This document shows positions 56,321 through 64,000 of a stretch of 64,000 nt of DNA, piece after piece (position 1 is the stretch's first letter; every line of letters begins with the position of its first letter). Position numbers and translations under genes: made by a program. The notes beneath the pieces are model-generated. The model was not told where the DNA came from, made no database searches, and saw nothing but the letters and a program-made list of their open reading frames with translations. The stretch is from a virus. The stretch is from UHGV virus genome UHGV-0176771, one strand, 5' to 3'.

Positions 56321-56938
56321 ATGAGATATAAAGGAACGTATAGATTAAAAGCTCCGTATGATTTGCGAAACAATCAATATGGAAGAAAGCTGAATGGTAC
56401 ATTAGAAGATATCGACGTTTACATAGATTGTCAGCATGGTAATAAAGTTTTTCATTATGGAAGATCAATATTACAGGCATATATTCCATCATTGATTCGT
56501 GGGCATAACGTTCTGAAGAAACTTACAGAATTATACGGACAAGATATTGTATCAGATATTGAAGAAAGTGATTCGGAAGTTTTGTTTAGATTCAATGCAA
56601 AAGATATTGAGAAGATTATTCCATTATTAAAACCTAGAACAAATGGTTCTGGCATTAGTCCTTTTAGTAGTAAAAATCTACCCAAAACAAAGTATATTAT
56701 TCCAGACGAAGATTTTGCTATGTATAGAAATATCATCAAAAATATACCTCAAAAAGAGATTTTAGGCATAAGTCATATGACAAATGATTTCATACGCAGT
56801 CTCTCTACTAAAAAGAATACTTATGAAGATATCAAAAATGACATGATAGCAAAAGGGTTAAAAGGTAAAGAATATATTCACAGTATTGGGAAATGGAATG
56901 AATATATAGAATTTTTACGAGACAAATTAAAGGAGTAG
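56321..56938 (+). CDS. hypothetical protein
   Basis: ATG at 56321; the track ORF starts at a TTG at 56309. Confidence 0.45.
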   Translation: MRYKGTYRLKAPYDLRNNQYGRKLNGTLEDIDVYIDCQHGNKVFHYGRSILQAYIPSLIRGHNVLKKLTELYGQDIVSDIEESDSEVLFRFNAKDIEKIIPLLKPRTNGSGISPFSSKNLPKTKYIIPDEDFAMYRNIIKNIPQKEILGISHMTNDFIRSLSTKKNTYEDIKNDMIAKGLKGKEYIHSIGKWNEYIEFLRDKLKE

Positions 56939-56944
56939 TAGATT

Positions 56945-57277
56945 ATGAAACAGCTTAAATTACATAGACAATGTACGCATAGTAAATTAACCAATTTTGG
57001 ATTCAGGAAGTACGGCTTAAATTATAAGCTGTTTCTTCCTCTATATGAGCACAAGTCAAAGACAGTAATTGCTGCAGAATTTCTTGTCTCATCTTTAGAT
57101 AACTATATTGGATACGATGTCATGGATGTGTGTAACGATACATTATATACAGCATTTTACGACAGAGAATATACAAACGAAGAAAAGAACGATGTCTATA
57201 GAACAGTATATACAAGACTGTCTGACATTATGGATGACATGGTAAAAGCAAAAATTATTAGAAAGAGAGTGATTTAA
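56945..57277 (+). CDS. hypothetical protein
   Basis: 110-aa ORF; RBS AAGGAGTAGTAGATT. Confidence 0.4.
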   Translation: MKQLKLHRQCTHSKLTNFGFRKYGLNYKLFLPLYEHKSKTVIAAEFLVSSLDNYIGYDVMDVCNDTLYTAFYDREYTNEEKNDVYRTVYTRLSDIMDDMVKAKIIRKRVI

Positions 57278-57280
57278 TTT

Positions 57281-57799
57281 ATGAAAAAAGTAGCGAAGTT
57301 TAGCAAGGTGAGTTTTGAACAGTTTGTAGAAGATTGCAAAGGTATTTTAGGAGATGTCTACATTGAAAACAAAATGGAATGCTTATCAGAAAAATATAAG
57401 AATATTAATATTCCAAAGAGAAGCACAGCATGTAGTGCCGGGCATGATATTAGTACGCCTTTCAATATTAAAATGACTTCGCATCAAAGTATTACAATTC
57501 CAACTGGTCTTAGGTGTGAAATGGATAGAGATTACGTAATGCTGATTTTCCCGCGTAGTAGTCTTGGGATTAAGAAAGGAATGACGATCGCCAATACTGT
57601 TCCAGTTGTAGATGCCGATTATGCCTATGCGGATAACGAAGGACATATTTTTATCTGTATTAAGAACAATGGAGAGGACATGCTTGAATTGGAAGAAGGA
57701 GACAAAATTGTACAGGCTGTATTTGTTCCATTCGGTGTTGCAGACGAGGAAGAAATCACAACTGAACGCACTGGCGGTATTGGCTCAACAGGAAAGTAG
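57281..57799 (+). CDS. dut: dUTP diphosphatase
   Basis: 172 aa; dUTPase motifs AGHDI, PRSSLGIKKG, VVDADYAY, and C-terminal RTGGIGSTGK. Confidence 0.75.
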   Translation: MKKVAKFSKVSFEQFVEDCKGILGDVYIENKMECLSEKYKNINIPKRSTACSAGHDISTPFNIKMTSHQSITIPTGLRCEMDRDYVMLIFPRSSLGIKKGMTIANTVPVVDADYAYADNEGHIFICIKNNGEDMLELEEGDKIVQAVFVPFGVADEEEITTERTGGIGSTGK

Positions 57800-57807
57800 G
57801 TGATAAA

Positions 57808-57990
57808 ATGATTGAATTTGTTTTAGGGAATGTCATTCTATTTTTTCTATCTATTGTGGTTGTACATGCTCTGTTTAAATCAACAGGTGATACAATCGAT
57901 AAATATGACATTCCGTATTTTGTGATCAGTGTAGCGATTATTTATAGTTTGTCAGCACAATTTTATAATGTGTTTGCTGGAACGATTTAG
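57808..57990 (+). CDS. hypothetical small membrane protein
   Basis: 60 aa; two hydrophobic segments; last + strand phage-type ORF before the transposon. Confidence 0.35.
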   Translation: MIEFVLGNVILFFLSIVVVHALFKSTGDTIDKYDIPYFVISVAIIYSLSAQFYNVFAGTI

Positions 57991-58021
57991 GGAACAACGG
58001 AGATATGGTAAAAAATATCCC

Positions 58022-58051
58022 TTGTAAAATTTTGTAGAATCATGATATACT
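58022..58051 (+). promoter_or_regulatory. sigma-A-type promoter candidate (TTGTAA-18-TGaTATACT, extended -10)
   Basis: -35 TTGTAA (58022-58027), 18-nt spacer, TGnTATACT extended -10 (58043-58051). The predicted transcript would run into the terminator at 58152-58198. Confidence 0.4.
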
Positions 58052-58151
58052 GAATACAAAGGTATGATTCTATGTCAAAAGGCAAACACCATTTACTTCA
58101 AAAGGGCAAAACCGATTTTTGTCTCATAATTTTATAGCACAAATAGAATTA

Positions 58152-58198
58152 GACCTTGAAAAATGTATTTTTACATTTTCAGGGTCTTTTTTACTTTT
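58152..58198 (+). terminator. rho-independent terminator
   Basis: GACCTTGAAAAATGTA-tttt-TACATTTTCAGGGTC is a 15-bp near-perfect stem (one mismatch, one bulge), followed by TTTTTTACTTTT. Confidence 0.6.
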
Positions 58199-58315
58199 AC
58201 AAAGTGGCTTAAAACCTAGGGAAATTGAGTGTTATTTCTGAATGAAAGTGCAATTTCATTCGGTTATAAAAGCCTTCATTTTTTATATTTGAAATCTGCG
58301 AAAGGAAAATCAACT

Positions 58316-58520
58316 TTGCCCTTTTTGGGAAAACGGATGTTGCCCCTTGACATATAGAAATTTAAAAATGCTGTTTTTGGGAAAACTATTTTTGGGAGAA
58401 AACAACGCAAATTCAACGTTTATTGGCATCTTCACTCTCCCAAAAATAAAGGATTTGGGGAAAAAATTTATCCCAAAAACGTTTTTGGGAGATTTTTGGG
58501 AGCATTTTTGGGAAAATCAT
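58316..58520. repeat. cluster of at least 9 direct and inverted copies of TTTTTGGGAR; candidate TnsB-binding sites of the transposon right end
   Basis: Copies at about 58323, 58374, 58389, 58436 (rc), 58451 (variant), 58464 (rc), 58480, 58491 and 58505; three are tandem immediately upstream of tnsA. Confidence 0.5.
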
Positions 58521-58552
58521 GCCTTAAAAATTCAGAAGGAGAATACAAGAAA

Positions 58553-58897
58553 ATGCGTAAAAAAAATTACAAGGGTCGATGTGAGAAGAGGACAATATCG
58601 AAAAGTAAAGATGTGTGCAGATTCTACGATCCAATTCAATCGAGTTTTGCAGAAATTCTTAACGCAGATCCAGACATTGAGGAAATTCGTTGCAATGTAG
58701 TTTTAGATGGAAAAGACACAGGCGAATATATGACAGATTTTCTTTGTATTAAAACAAACGGAGATATGCTTGTCCGTGAATGTGTCTATCGAAAATTTCT
58801 CACAAAACCTATGACAGTCAAATTCTTAGACATTAGCAAAGATTATTGGTTGAGACACGGTATTGAAGATTGGGGTGTTGTAATTGATGCAGAATAA
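58553..58897 (+). CDS. tnsA: TnsA-like PD-(D/E)xK endonuclease, short (catalytic domain only)
   Basis: ATG after AAGGAGAATACAAGAAA; MTDFLCIKTNGDMLVRECVYRK aligns to Tn7 TnsA STDFLVDCKDGPFEQFAIQVKP (D114...K132 region); overlaps the tnsB start. Only 115 aa, against about 270 aa for Tn7 TnsA. Confidence 0.5.
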   Translation: MRKKNYKGRCEKRTISKSKDVCRFYDPIQSSFAEILNADPDIEEIRCNVVLDGKDTGEYMTDFLCIKTNGDMLVRECVYRKFLTKPMTVKFLDISKDYWLRHGIEDWGVVIDAE

Positions 58898-60716
58898 TTA
58901 TTTATTAAAAAACAATGACGATATTATTCGAGTTTTGGATGTGCAGCATGGACAGTCTTTAATCATAGATTGCATTAAACTGTCTATGCCAAAGTGGATT
59001 CTTAACAATCAGATAGATTCATTTGTGCCCTTTTCTGAAAATGATTTGTCTGAAATAACAGGCATATACACACAAGATATGGAAGATTTTTCATCTAACA
59101 GTAGAAAATTTATTCATGAACATTTCTCATTAATTGCAAGTATTCTGCCATATATATCTGAACCACAGAAAAGAAATGAAGCCATAAATACTATTTCGGA
59201 AGAGAGAGGCGTCTCAAAAACAACTATAAGAAAATACTTATGTTTGTATTTAGCGTATCAAGATATGTCTGTATTCGCACCAAAAAAGAAAAATCGAAAA
59301 TTAGAACTGTCTACAGATGAAAAGAATATGAGATGGGCGTTAAATAAATTTTACTATACTAGGAAGAAAAATACTCTTAATACAGCTTATACAATGCTTT
59401 TAAAAGAAAAATACTGTGATACAAATGGAAAGTTATTGACACATCATCCATCATTTTATCAGTTCCGGTATTTTTATCGCAAGACAAAAAAACTGCAAAC
59501 CTATTATATCTCAAGAAATGGGATAAAAAATTACCAGAGGAATAACAGACCGTTGATAGGAGATGGTGTACAACAATTTGCTCCAAATGTAGGGATTGGG
59601 ATGTTGGACGCAACAGTATGTGATATATATTTGGTTGATAATTCAGGAAATCTAGTTGGAAGACCAATATTAACCACATGTATAGATGCGTATAGCAGCC
59701 TGTGTTGTGGATATGCATTAACATGGGAAGGTGGAATATATAGTCTAAAAAACTTGATGCTAAATATCATTACAGACAAAGTAGAATTGTGCAAGAAACA
59801 TGGAATTATTATAAGTAAGCAAGAATGGAATATTGATCAGGTTCCCGGAGTGATGATTACAGATAAGGGTAGCGAATATAAATCAGAAGTATTTGAACAA
59901 TTAACTGAACTTGGGATTACAATAACAAATTTGCCACCATATAGACCAGAATTAAAAGGTTCTGTAGAGAAGTTTTTTGATTTAGTACAAGGATACTACA
60001 AAGAATATTTAAAAGGTAAAGGAGTAGTTAATCCAGACTTTCAAGAGCGTGGATGTCATGACTATAGAAAAGACGCCTGCCTGACATTAGAAGACTTTGA
60101 AAAGATAATATTGCGTTGTATATTGTATTATAATTCACAACGCATTTTAAAGAATTTTCCATACACAGAAGATATGATAAAAAATAATATTCAACCATAT
60201 GCAAATACAATATTTGAATATGGCAAAAAACGTATCGGAGCAAACTTAATATCTGTAAGTTCTAAAAATATAATTTATTCAATGCTTCCGAGAATAACAG
60301 GGAAATTTTCGCGTCGTGGTTTGATTGTAAATAAAATGAGATATCACTGTGATGGATATACGGAAGAATATTTAAACGGCGATTATGTAAAAGTGGCATA
60401 TGATTCAAATGACGTTACCACAGTATGGGCTATTTTGAACGGTGAATATGTTCCGTTTAATATTATTGAAAATAGGTTCAATGGAATGGATATTACAGAA
60501 ACAGATGCATTGCTGCAAGAACAAAAAAGGTTGGTGGCAAAAGAAGAATATAATAACATGCAGTCGAAAATTGATTTGGCTAAATATATAGAGACGATTG
60601 CTAATAATGTATGTCGAAAGCAAGATACAAAAATTAAAAATGTTAAACAAACAAGGAAAAGAGAAACGTATCGCACACACATTGACCATATAAACGGAGG
60701 AGTCGATTATGAGTAA
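58884..60716 (+). CDS. tnsB: Tn7-like transposase TnsB (DDE / rve-fold, Mu-transposase family)
   Basis: 610 aa; DDE triad contexts MLDATVCDIYLVDN ... VMITDKGSEYKS ... KGSVEKFF; N-terminal HTH region; gene order A-B-C-D. Confidence 0.75.
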   Translation: MMQNNYLLKNNDDIIRVLDVQHGQSLIIDCIKLSMPKWILNNQIDSFVPFSENDLSEITGIYTQDMEDFSSNSRKFIHEHFSLIASILPYISEPQKRNEAINTISEERGVSKTTIRKYLCLYLAYQDMSVFAPKKKNRKLELSTDEKNMRWALNKFYYTRKKNTLNTAYTMLLKEKYCDTNGKLLTHHPSFYQFRYFYRKTKKLQTYYISRNGIKNYQRNNRPLIGDGVQQFAPNVGIGMLDATVCDIYLVDNSGNLVGRPILTTCIDAYSSLCCGYALTWEGGIYSLKNLMLNIITDKVELCKKHGIIISKQEWNIDQVPGVMITDKGSEYKSEVFEQLTELGITITNLPPYRPELKGSVEKFFDLVQGYYKEYLKGKGVVNPDFQERGCHDYRKDACLTLEDFEKIILRCILYYNSQRILKNFPYTEDMIKNNIQPYANTIFEYGKKRIGANLISVSSKNIIYSMLPRITGKFSRRGLIVNKMRYHCDGYTEEYLNGDYVKVAYDSNDVTTVWAILNGEYVPFNIIENRFNGMDITETDALLQEQKRLVAKEEYNNMQSKIDLAKYIETIANNVCRKQDTKIKNVKQTRKRETYRTHIDHINGGVDYE

Positions 60717-61959
60717 AACTACGGAATCAATTTATAATTTACCACCTATTTTATCAGGAGAACGACTGATTTCGTCTTTGACTGTATTGCCAGAATATGA
60801 GCCATCAATTATTCATAAAAGCGAAACAGAACGTTTAATGGCGCTGTCAGATATATATAGAATATATATACCATCAAAAATGTCCCAAGAGATATATAGC
60901 AAATTGTATCTTTCATTAATGCGTTCATTGCAGAAGAAAAGGACAGATCCATTTGTTATGCAACAGCAACAAAACAATTTTAGAATGATTCAAAAGAAGT
61001 TTTATAATGGTGGAATTATAGGTGGGTCAGATTCTTTTTCTATTATTGGTAATTCTGGAATAGGGAAAAGTGCATCTATATTTAGAGCAATTGATTTAAT
61101 AACAGACAGTACAGTCATAGAGTTTGAAAATCCATATGCAAAGGTAATACCGTCTCTGGTGGTGCAATGCCCCTTTGACTCTTCTGTAAAAGGACTTCTA
61201 TTGGAAATATTAAGAAAAGCTGATGAACTTCTTGGCTCAAAATACTATGAAAATGCGATCAAAATAAAGGCTACAACAGATACATTAATAGGTTGTGTCA
61301 GTCAAATTGCCTTGAACAATATCGGATTGTTAATTGTCGATGAAATACAAAATATATGTAATTCAAAAAATGGCAAAACTTTAGTTGGTAGTATAACGCA
61401 ACTGGTCAATAATTCCGGTATAAGTATTTGCTTTGTAGGAACTCCGGAATGTAAAAATTTTTTTGACAAAGCAATGCATCTTGCAAGGAGAACAATGGGG
61501 TTAGAATATACGTCTCTTGACTTTGATGTTGAATTTACCATGTTTTGTAAAATTATTTTTCAGTATCAGTACATGGAAGAAAGAATTGAAATTACTGATA
61601 AGATTATTAAATGGCTATACGACCACTCGTCTGGGAATGTTTCTATTGTTATAGCGCTTCTACATGACGCACAGGAGATAGGCATTCTGTCCGGACATAA
61701 ATCATTAAGTATTGATCTTTTTGAAATAGCATATAAACAAAGAATGTCTGTTTTACACGATTATATAAATATTCCAGACAAACAAAAATTAAAGCTGTGC
61801 AGTAAAAAAGATAAGCAAATTATCGAACGAGATAGTACAAAAGAAATAAACGATAATTTAAAAATATCTGATATTGTACAGGAATCGAAACAAAACAATA
61901 TTAATATTGTTTTATTGCTGAAAAAATACAATTTAATCGCCGAGGAGATATCGCTATGA
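60709..61959 (+). CDS. tnsC: TnsC/TniB-like AAA+ ATPase
   Basis: 416 aa; Walker A IIGNSGIGKSAS; Walker B LLIVDEIQNI; overlaps tnsB and tnsD. Confidence 0.7.
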   Translation: MSKTTESIYNLPPILSGERLISSLTVLPEYEPSIIHKSETERLMALSDIYRIYIPSKMSQEIYSKLYLSLMRSLQKKRTDPFVMQQQQNNFRMIQKKFYNGGIIGGSDSFSIIGNSGIGKSASIFRAIDLITDSTVIEFENPYAKVIPSLVVQCPFDSSVKGLLLEILRKADELLGSKYYENAIKIKATTDTLIGCVSQIALNNIGLLIVDEIQNICNSKNGKTLVGSITQLVNNSGISICFVGTPECKNFFDKAMHLARRTMGLEYTSLDFDVEFTMFCKIIFQYQYMEERIEITDKIIKWLYDHSSGNVSIVIALLHDAQEIGILSGHKSLSIDLFEIAYKQRMSVLHDYINIPDKQKLKLCSKKDKQIIERDSTKEINDNLKISDIVQESKQNNINIVLLLKKYNLIAEEISL

Positions 61960-63566
61960 TTGCTTATGTGCCAACAATGTATCCAGATGAAACTGTGTAT
62001 AGCTTACTTACAAGAATATATGAAAAAAGTGGATATCTATCATATGCTCATGCAAAAAATGATTTTTTTGTTAATCCAAAAGAGGGAATTGAATTTTTGT
62101 TCTTAAATAAGTTAAGCAAAGAACTCATAGATATTATCACTCGGAATCAAACGCTAGATGACGTAATAAAGAATCACACGCTATATAATTATTATGGAAG
62201 ATATCTTGGAGTTGAAAAAAGAAAAGATGCATACAATTCTCTGTGCAACATGACAGGAGATTATTTCCGTATTTTCGTATTAAATAAAAAATCTTCAGAG
62301 GAAACTTATCTCCGTTATTGTCCCATGTGCGTAAGTGAAGATAAACATATTTATGGGGAAACATATTGGAAACGTACACATCAAATACCAGAATTAGAAG
62401 TGTGTCCTGTCCATGGGTGCAAATTATTAAATAGTAATGTTTCAAATAATAAACATAGGGCTATGTCATTTATCTCTGCAAATACAGCCGTGAAAGACTT
62501 AACCATAATTCAAGGATCAGAACAAGATATAAAACTGGCAGAATATATAGGTGCTTCAGTGTGCGAAAATATAGAATACAATGACGATTTATTGATCGGT
62601 AAATATCTCACATCCAAGTTGGAAGGTACAAAATATTTATCATCATGTGGGAATGGAATCAATCGAAAATTATTATTTCAGGACTTAACAAATTTTTATA
62701 GTGGGTGTAAATATGTAATTCAAGAAATAAATCATTTATCTAAGATTTTTCATGGGAAAAGAACAAAGCCTTTTGAAATTATTCAGATTGCTATGTTTTT
62801 AAAAATCCCATGTAATGAATTAGCTAACGCACAGAATCCAGACAAGACTCCATCAGAAAAATTTGAGCAAAAGGTTATTAACATGCTCCGGGACAAAACA
62901 ATGGAAGAGGTGTCTTCTAAATTAAATATTTCAAAATCCGCCATTAAAATTATTATACGAAAACATAACGGAGTAGCAGATAATTACACAAAATACGAAA
63001 TACAAGAATGTAGGAAAATATGGACTGATACCATAAAAGAATATCCAAACTGTTCTTTTCAAGAGATTTGTATGTACTCTAAATATAGATTAAGTTTACA
63101 ATGGTTAAGAAGAAACGATAAAGAATGGACAGACAAACATTATCCACGTAAACAAATAAATTCTGTCAGGCAACAAAATATCGACTTATTAGACAAAAAA
63201 TATCTGTCACAAATTGAAAATGTAATTCAAGAGTATAGGGAGCGCCAAGGTGAAATGCCAAAACGAATAACGATAAACGCAATTAGCAACTATATTGGTA
63301 TCCCTGGTAGACAATTATATTATATGAAACAATGCAGAGCTGTTATAGAAAAATATGCAGAAACAGACGAGGAATTTCGAGTCAGAAAAATATTATGGGC
63401 TGTTGATATGTTACAAAGAGATAATAAGAAGTTGACTTTCAATCAGATAAGAAAACTGACACATATTCATTCAGGGCACTATTACAAATGTCGTCCTCTT
63501 CTTGTAGATACGATAGGGGAGGAAACAGTTCTTCGTATTGATCCAAATACTTCTATTGTGAGTTAA
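61956..63566 (+). CDS. tnsD: TnsD/TniQ-family target-selection protein
   Basis: 536 aa; TniQ N-terminus (YVPTMYPDETVYSLLTRIYEKSGY) and zinc finger YCPMCVSEDKHIYGETYWKRTHQIPELEVCPVHGCKLL. Confidence 0.7.
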   Translation: MIAYVPTMYPDETVYSLLTRIYEKSGYLSYAHAKNDFFVNPKEGIEFLFLNKLSKELIDIITRNQTLDDVIKNHTLYNYYGRYLGVEKRKDAYNSLCNMTGDYFRIFVLNKKSSEETYLRYCPMCVSEDKHIYGETYWKRTHQIPELEVCPVHGCKLLNSNVSNNKHRAMSFISANTAVKDLTIIQGSEQDIKLAEYIGASVCENIEYNDDLLIGKYLTSKLEGTKYLSSCGNGINRKLLFQDLTNFYSGCKYVIQEINHLSKIFHGKRTKPFEIIQIAMFLKIPCNELANAQNPDKTPSEKFEQKVINMLRDKTMEEVSSKLNISKSAIKIIIRKHNGVADNYTKYEIQECRKIWTDTIKEYPNCSFQEICMYSKYRLSLQWLRRNDKEWTDKHYPRKQINSVRQQNIDLLDKKYLSQIENVIQEYRERQGEMPKRITINAISNYIGIPGRQLYYMKQCRAVIEKYAETDEEFRVRKILWAVDMLQRDNKKLTFNQIRKLTHIHSGHYYKCRPLLVDTIGEETVLRIDPNTSIVS

Positions 63567-63577
63567 AAGGTAAAAAA

Positions 63578-63625
63578 ATGGGTAGAAGAGGAATTAACCT
63601 CAACTACCCATATCATTATTATTTA
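63578..63625. terminator. bidirectional rho-independent terminator between the convergent tnsD and minus-strand genes
   Basis: ATGGGTAGAAGAGG-aattaa-CCTCAACTACCCAT is a perfect 8-bp outer stem plus a 4-bp inner stem, followed by a T-rich run on the + strand and an A-rich run upstream. Confidence 0.55.
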
Positions 63626-63888
63626 ATTCTTTTTGCTGCAGCTTCAAGTCTAATATGCCACGGAGCATCTTTTGTAAATTGATAACTCGGCATTTCTTTA
63701 CCGTTGTTGTCTCTGTAAATTTTTGTCAGAATATTTAATTCGTCCGGATGACCAAGAGGATGTACGGACTGTCCATCAAAATAGTAAACACAATTTTCTC
63801 CCTTTACACTATATAAACATTGCATAGTCGTTTCTCCTTTCTTTTCTGAAACATTATTTGGATTTCCATTACTTACAGAACCACCCAT
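63619..63888 (-). CDS. hypothetical protein (possible transposon cargo)
   Basis: 89-aa minus-strand ORF, convergent with tnsD, outside any + strand gene; RBS GGTGGTTCTG-like on the minus strand is unclear. Confidence 0.35.
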   Translation of the reverse strand: MGGSVSNGNPNNVSEKKGETTMQCLYSVKGENCVYYFDGQSVHPLGHPDELNILTKIYRDNNGKEMPSYQFTKDAPWHIRLEAAAKRIK

Positions 63889-64000
63889 AAGTTCTCTGAT
63901 TCGTTTAACAAAATATGCCTTTGTTGCCGCAACACCACCATGTATTTCTACTGACCTATGCGGACAAGCAGTAGGGAATACTTCTTGATGTAGGCGGATC

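Larger units (their letters stand above)
58230..64000 (+). mobile_element. Tn7-like transposon (right end plus tnsABCD), partial; left end and cargo beyond the window
   Basis: Repeat-rich end, then tnsA-tnsB-tnsC-tnsD in canonical Tn7 order. The exact terminus was not determined; the earliest plausible TGT-initiated end is near 58230, after the terminator at 58152-58198. Confidence 0.5.

Noticed and set aside
58072-58137. 21-codon ORF (MSKGKHHLLQKGKTDFCLIIL) inside the small transcription unit
   Set aside because: It has a very weak RBS and is short and low-complexity. The unit is better explained as a non-coding RNA or leader, though a micropeptide cannot be excluded.
58316-58520. Possible CRISPR array
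   Set aside because: The repeat unit is only about 10 bp, occurs in both orientations with irregular 1-40 bp spacing, and has no spacer-like unique segments of uniform length. This matches transposase binding sites and not CRISPR.
58347-58700. 117-aa + strand ORF (MTYRNLKMLFLGKLFLGENN...), and the longer 58496 start for tnsA
   Set aside because: Its N-terminal half is a translation of the TTTTTGGGAR repeat array (repeated FLG/FWE peptides) and it overlaps the better-supported tnsA frame. The tnsA start at 58553 has a proper RBS, whereas the ATG at 58496 sits inside the repeats.

Overview
The window looks like about 58 kb of the early, replication and nucleotide-metabolism region of a large AT-rich phage or prophage, followed by the right end and core genes of a Tn7-like transposon that runs off the window edge. 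All confident genes are on the + strand and are tightly packed. Most have AGGAGG-type Shine-Dalgarno sites and many overlap start/stop, which suggests a Firmicutes host. No virion structural genes, rRNA, tRNA or CRISPR arrays were seen.

Modules in order:
- Positions 1-3600: small early genes encoding zinc-ribbon proteins, including two Lar-like restriction-alleviation paralogues, YopX, DUF551 and an RpoA-CTD-like protein. Gene junctions carry a recurring 18-bp motif.
- 3913-7486: a four-gene NAD+ operon: isochorismatase/PncA-like, a Prs-like pyrophosphokinase (Adps-like), a NAMPT-family enzyme and NadE.
- 8388-17651: a metallophosphoesterase, a DUF4406 protein, an orphan 685-aa protein and a small radical-SAM enzyme, among short hypothetical genes.
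- 17688-22095: an operator-like palindrome, a circularly permuted C5 DNA methyltransferase, a PAPS-reductase-like PP-loop protein and a sigma-70-family factor.
- 26631-27473: an SPFH/band-7 protein.
- 30738-34952: a Pol-beta-fold nucleotidyltransferase, a class II CCA-adding enzyme with an HD domain and an NrnA-like DHH/DHHA1 phosphoesterase. I read this as a putative tRNA 3'-end repair module.
- 36566-47516: a replisome: SSB-like, Sak4/RecA-like ATPase, DnaB-like helicase, primase, RecJ-like DHH nuclease, DnaE-type Pol III alpha and an ERCC4-like nuclease.
- 47906-57799: FolD, NAD-dependent ligase, an HPr/Crh-like protein lacking His15, a divergent ThyX, guanylate kinase, NrdD/NrdG and dUTPase.
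- From about 58000: a promoter-terminator-bracketed small transcription unit, then at least 9 TTTTTGGGAR repeats (candidate TnsB sites), then a short TnsA-like gene and tnsB-tnsC-tnsD/tniQ.

The candidates I would check first are the NAD+ operon, the tRNA-repair-like cluster, the permuted methyltransferase, the HPr-like protein and the Tn7-like element inserted next to the phage dut operon.
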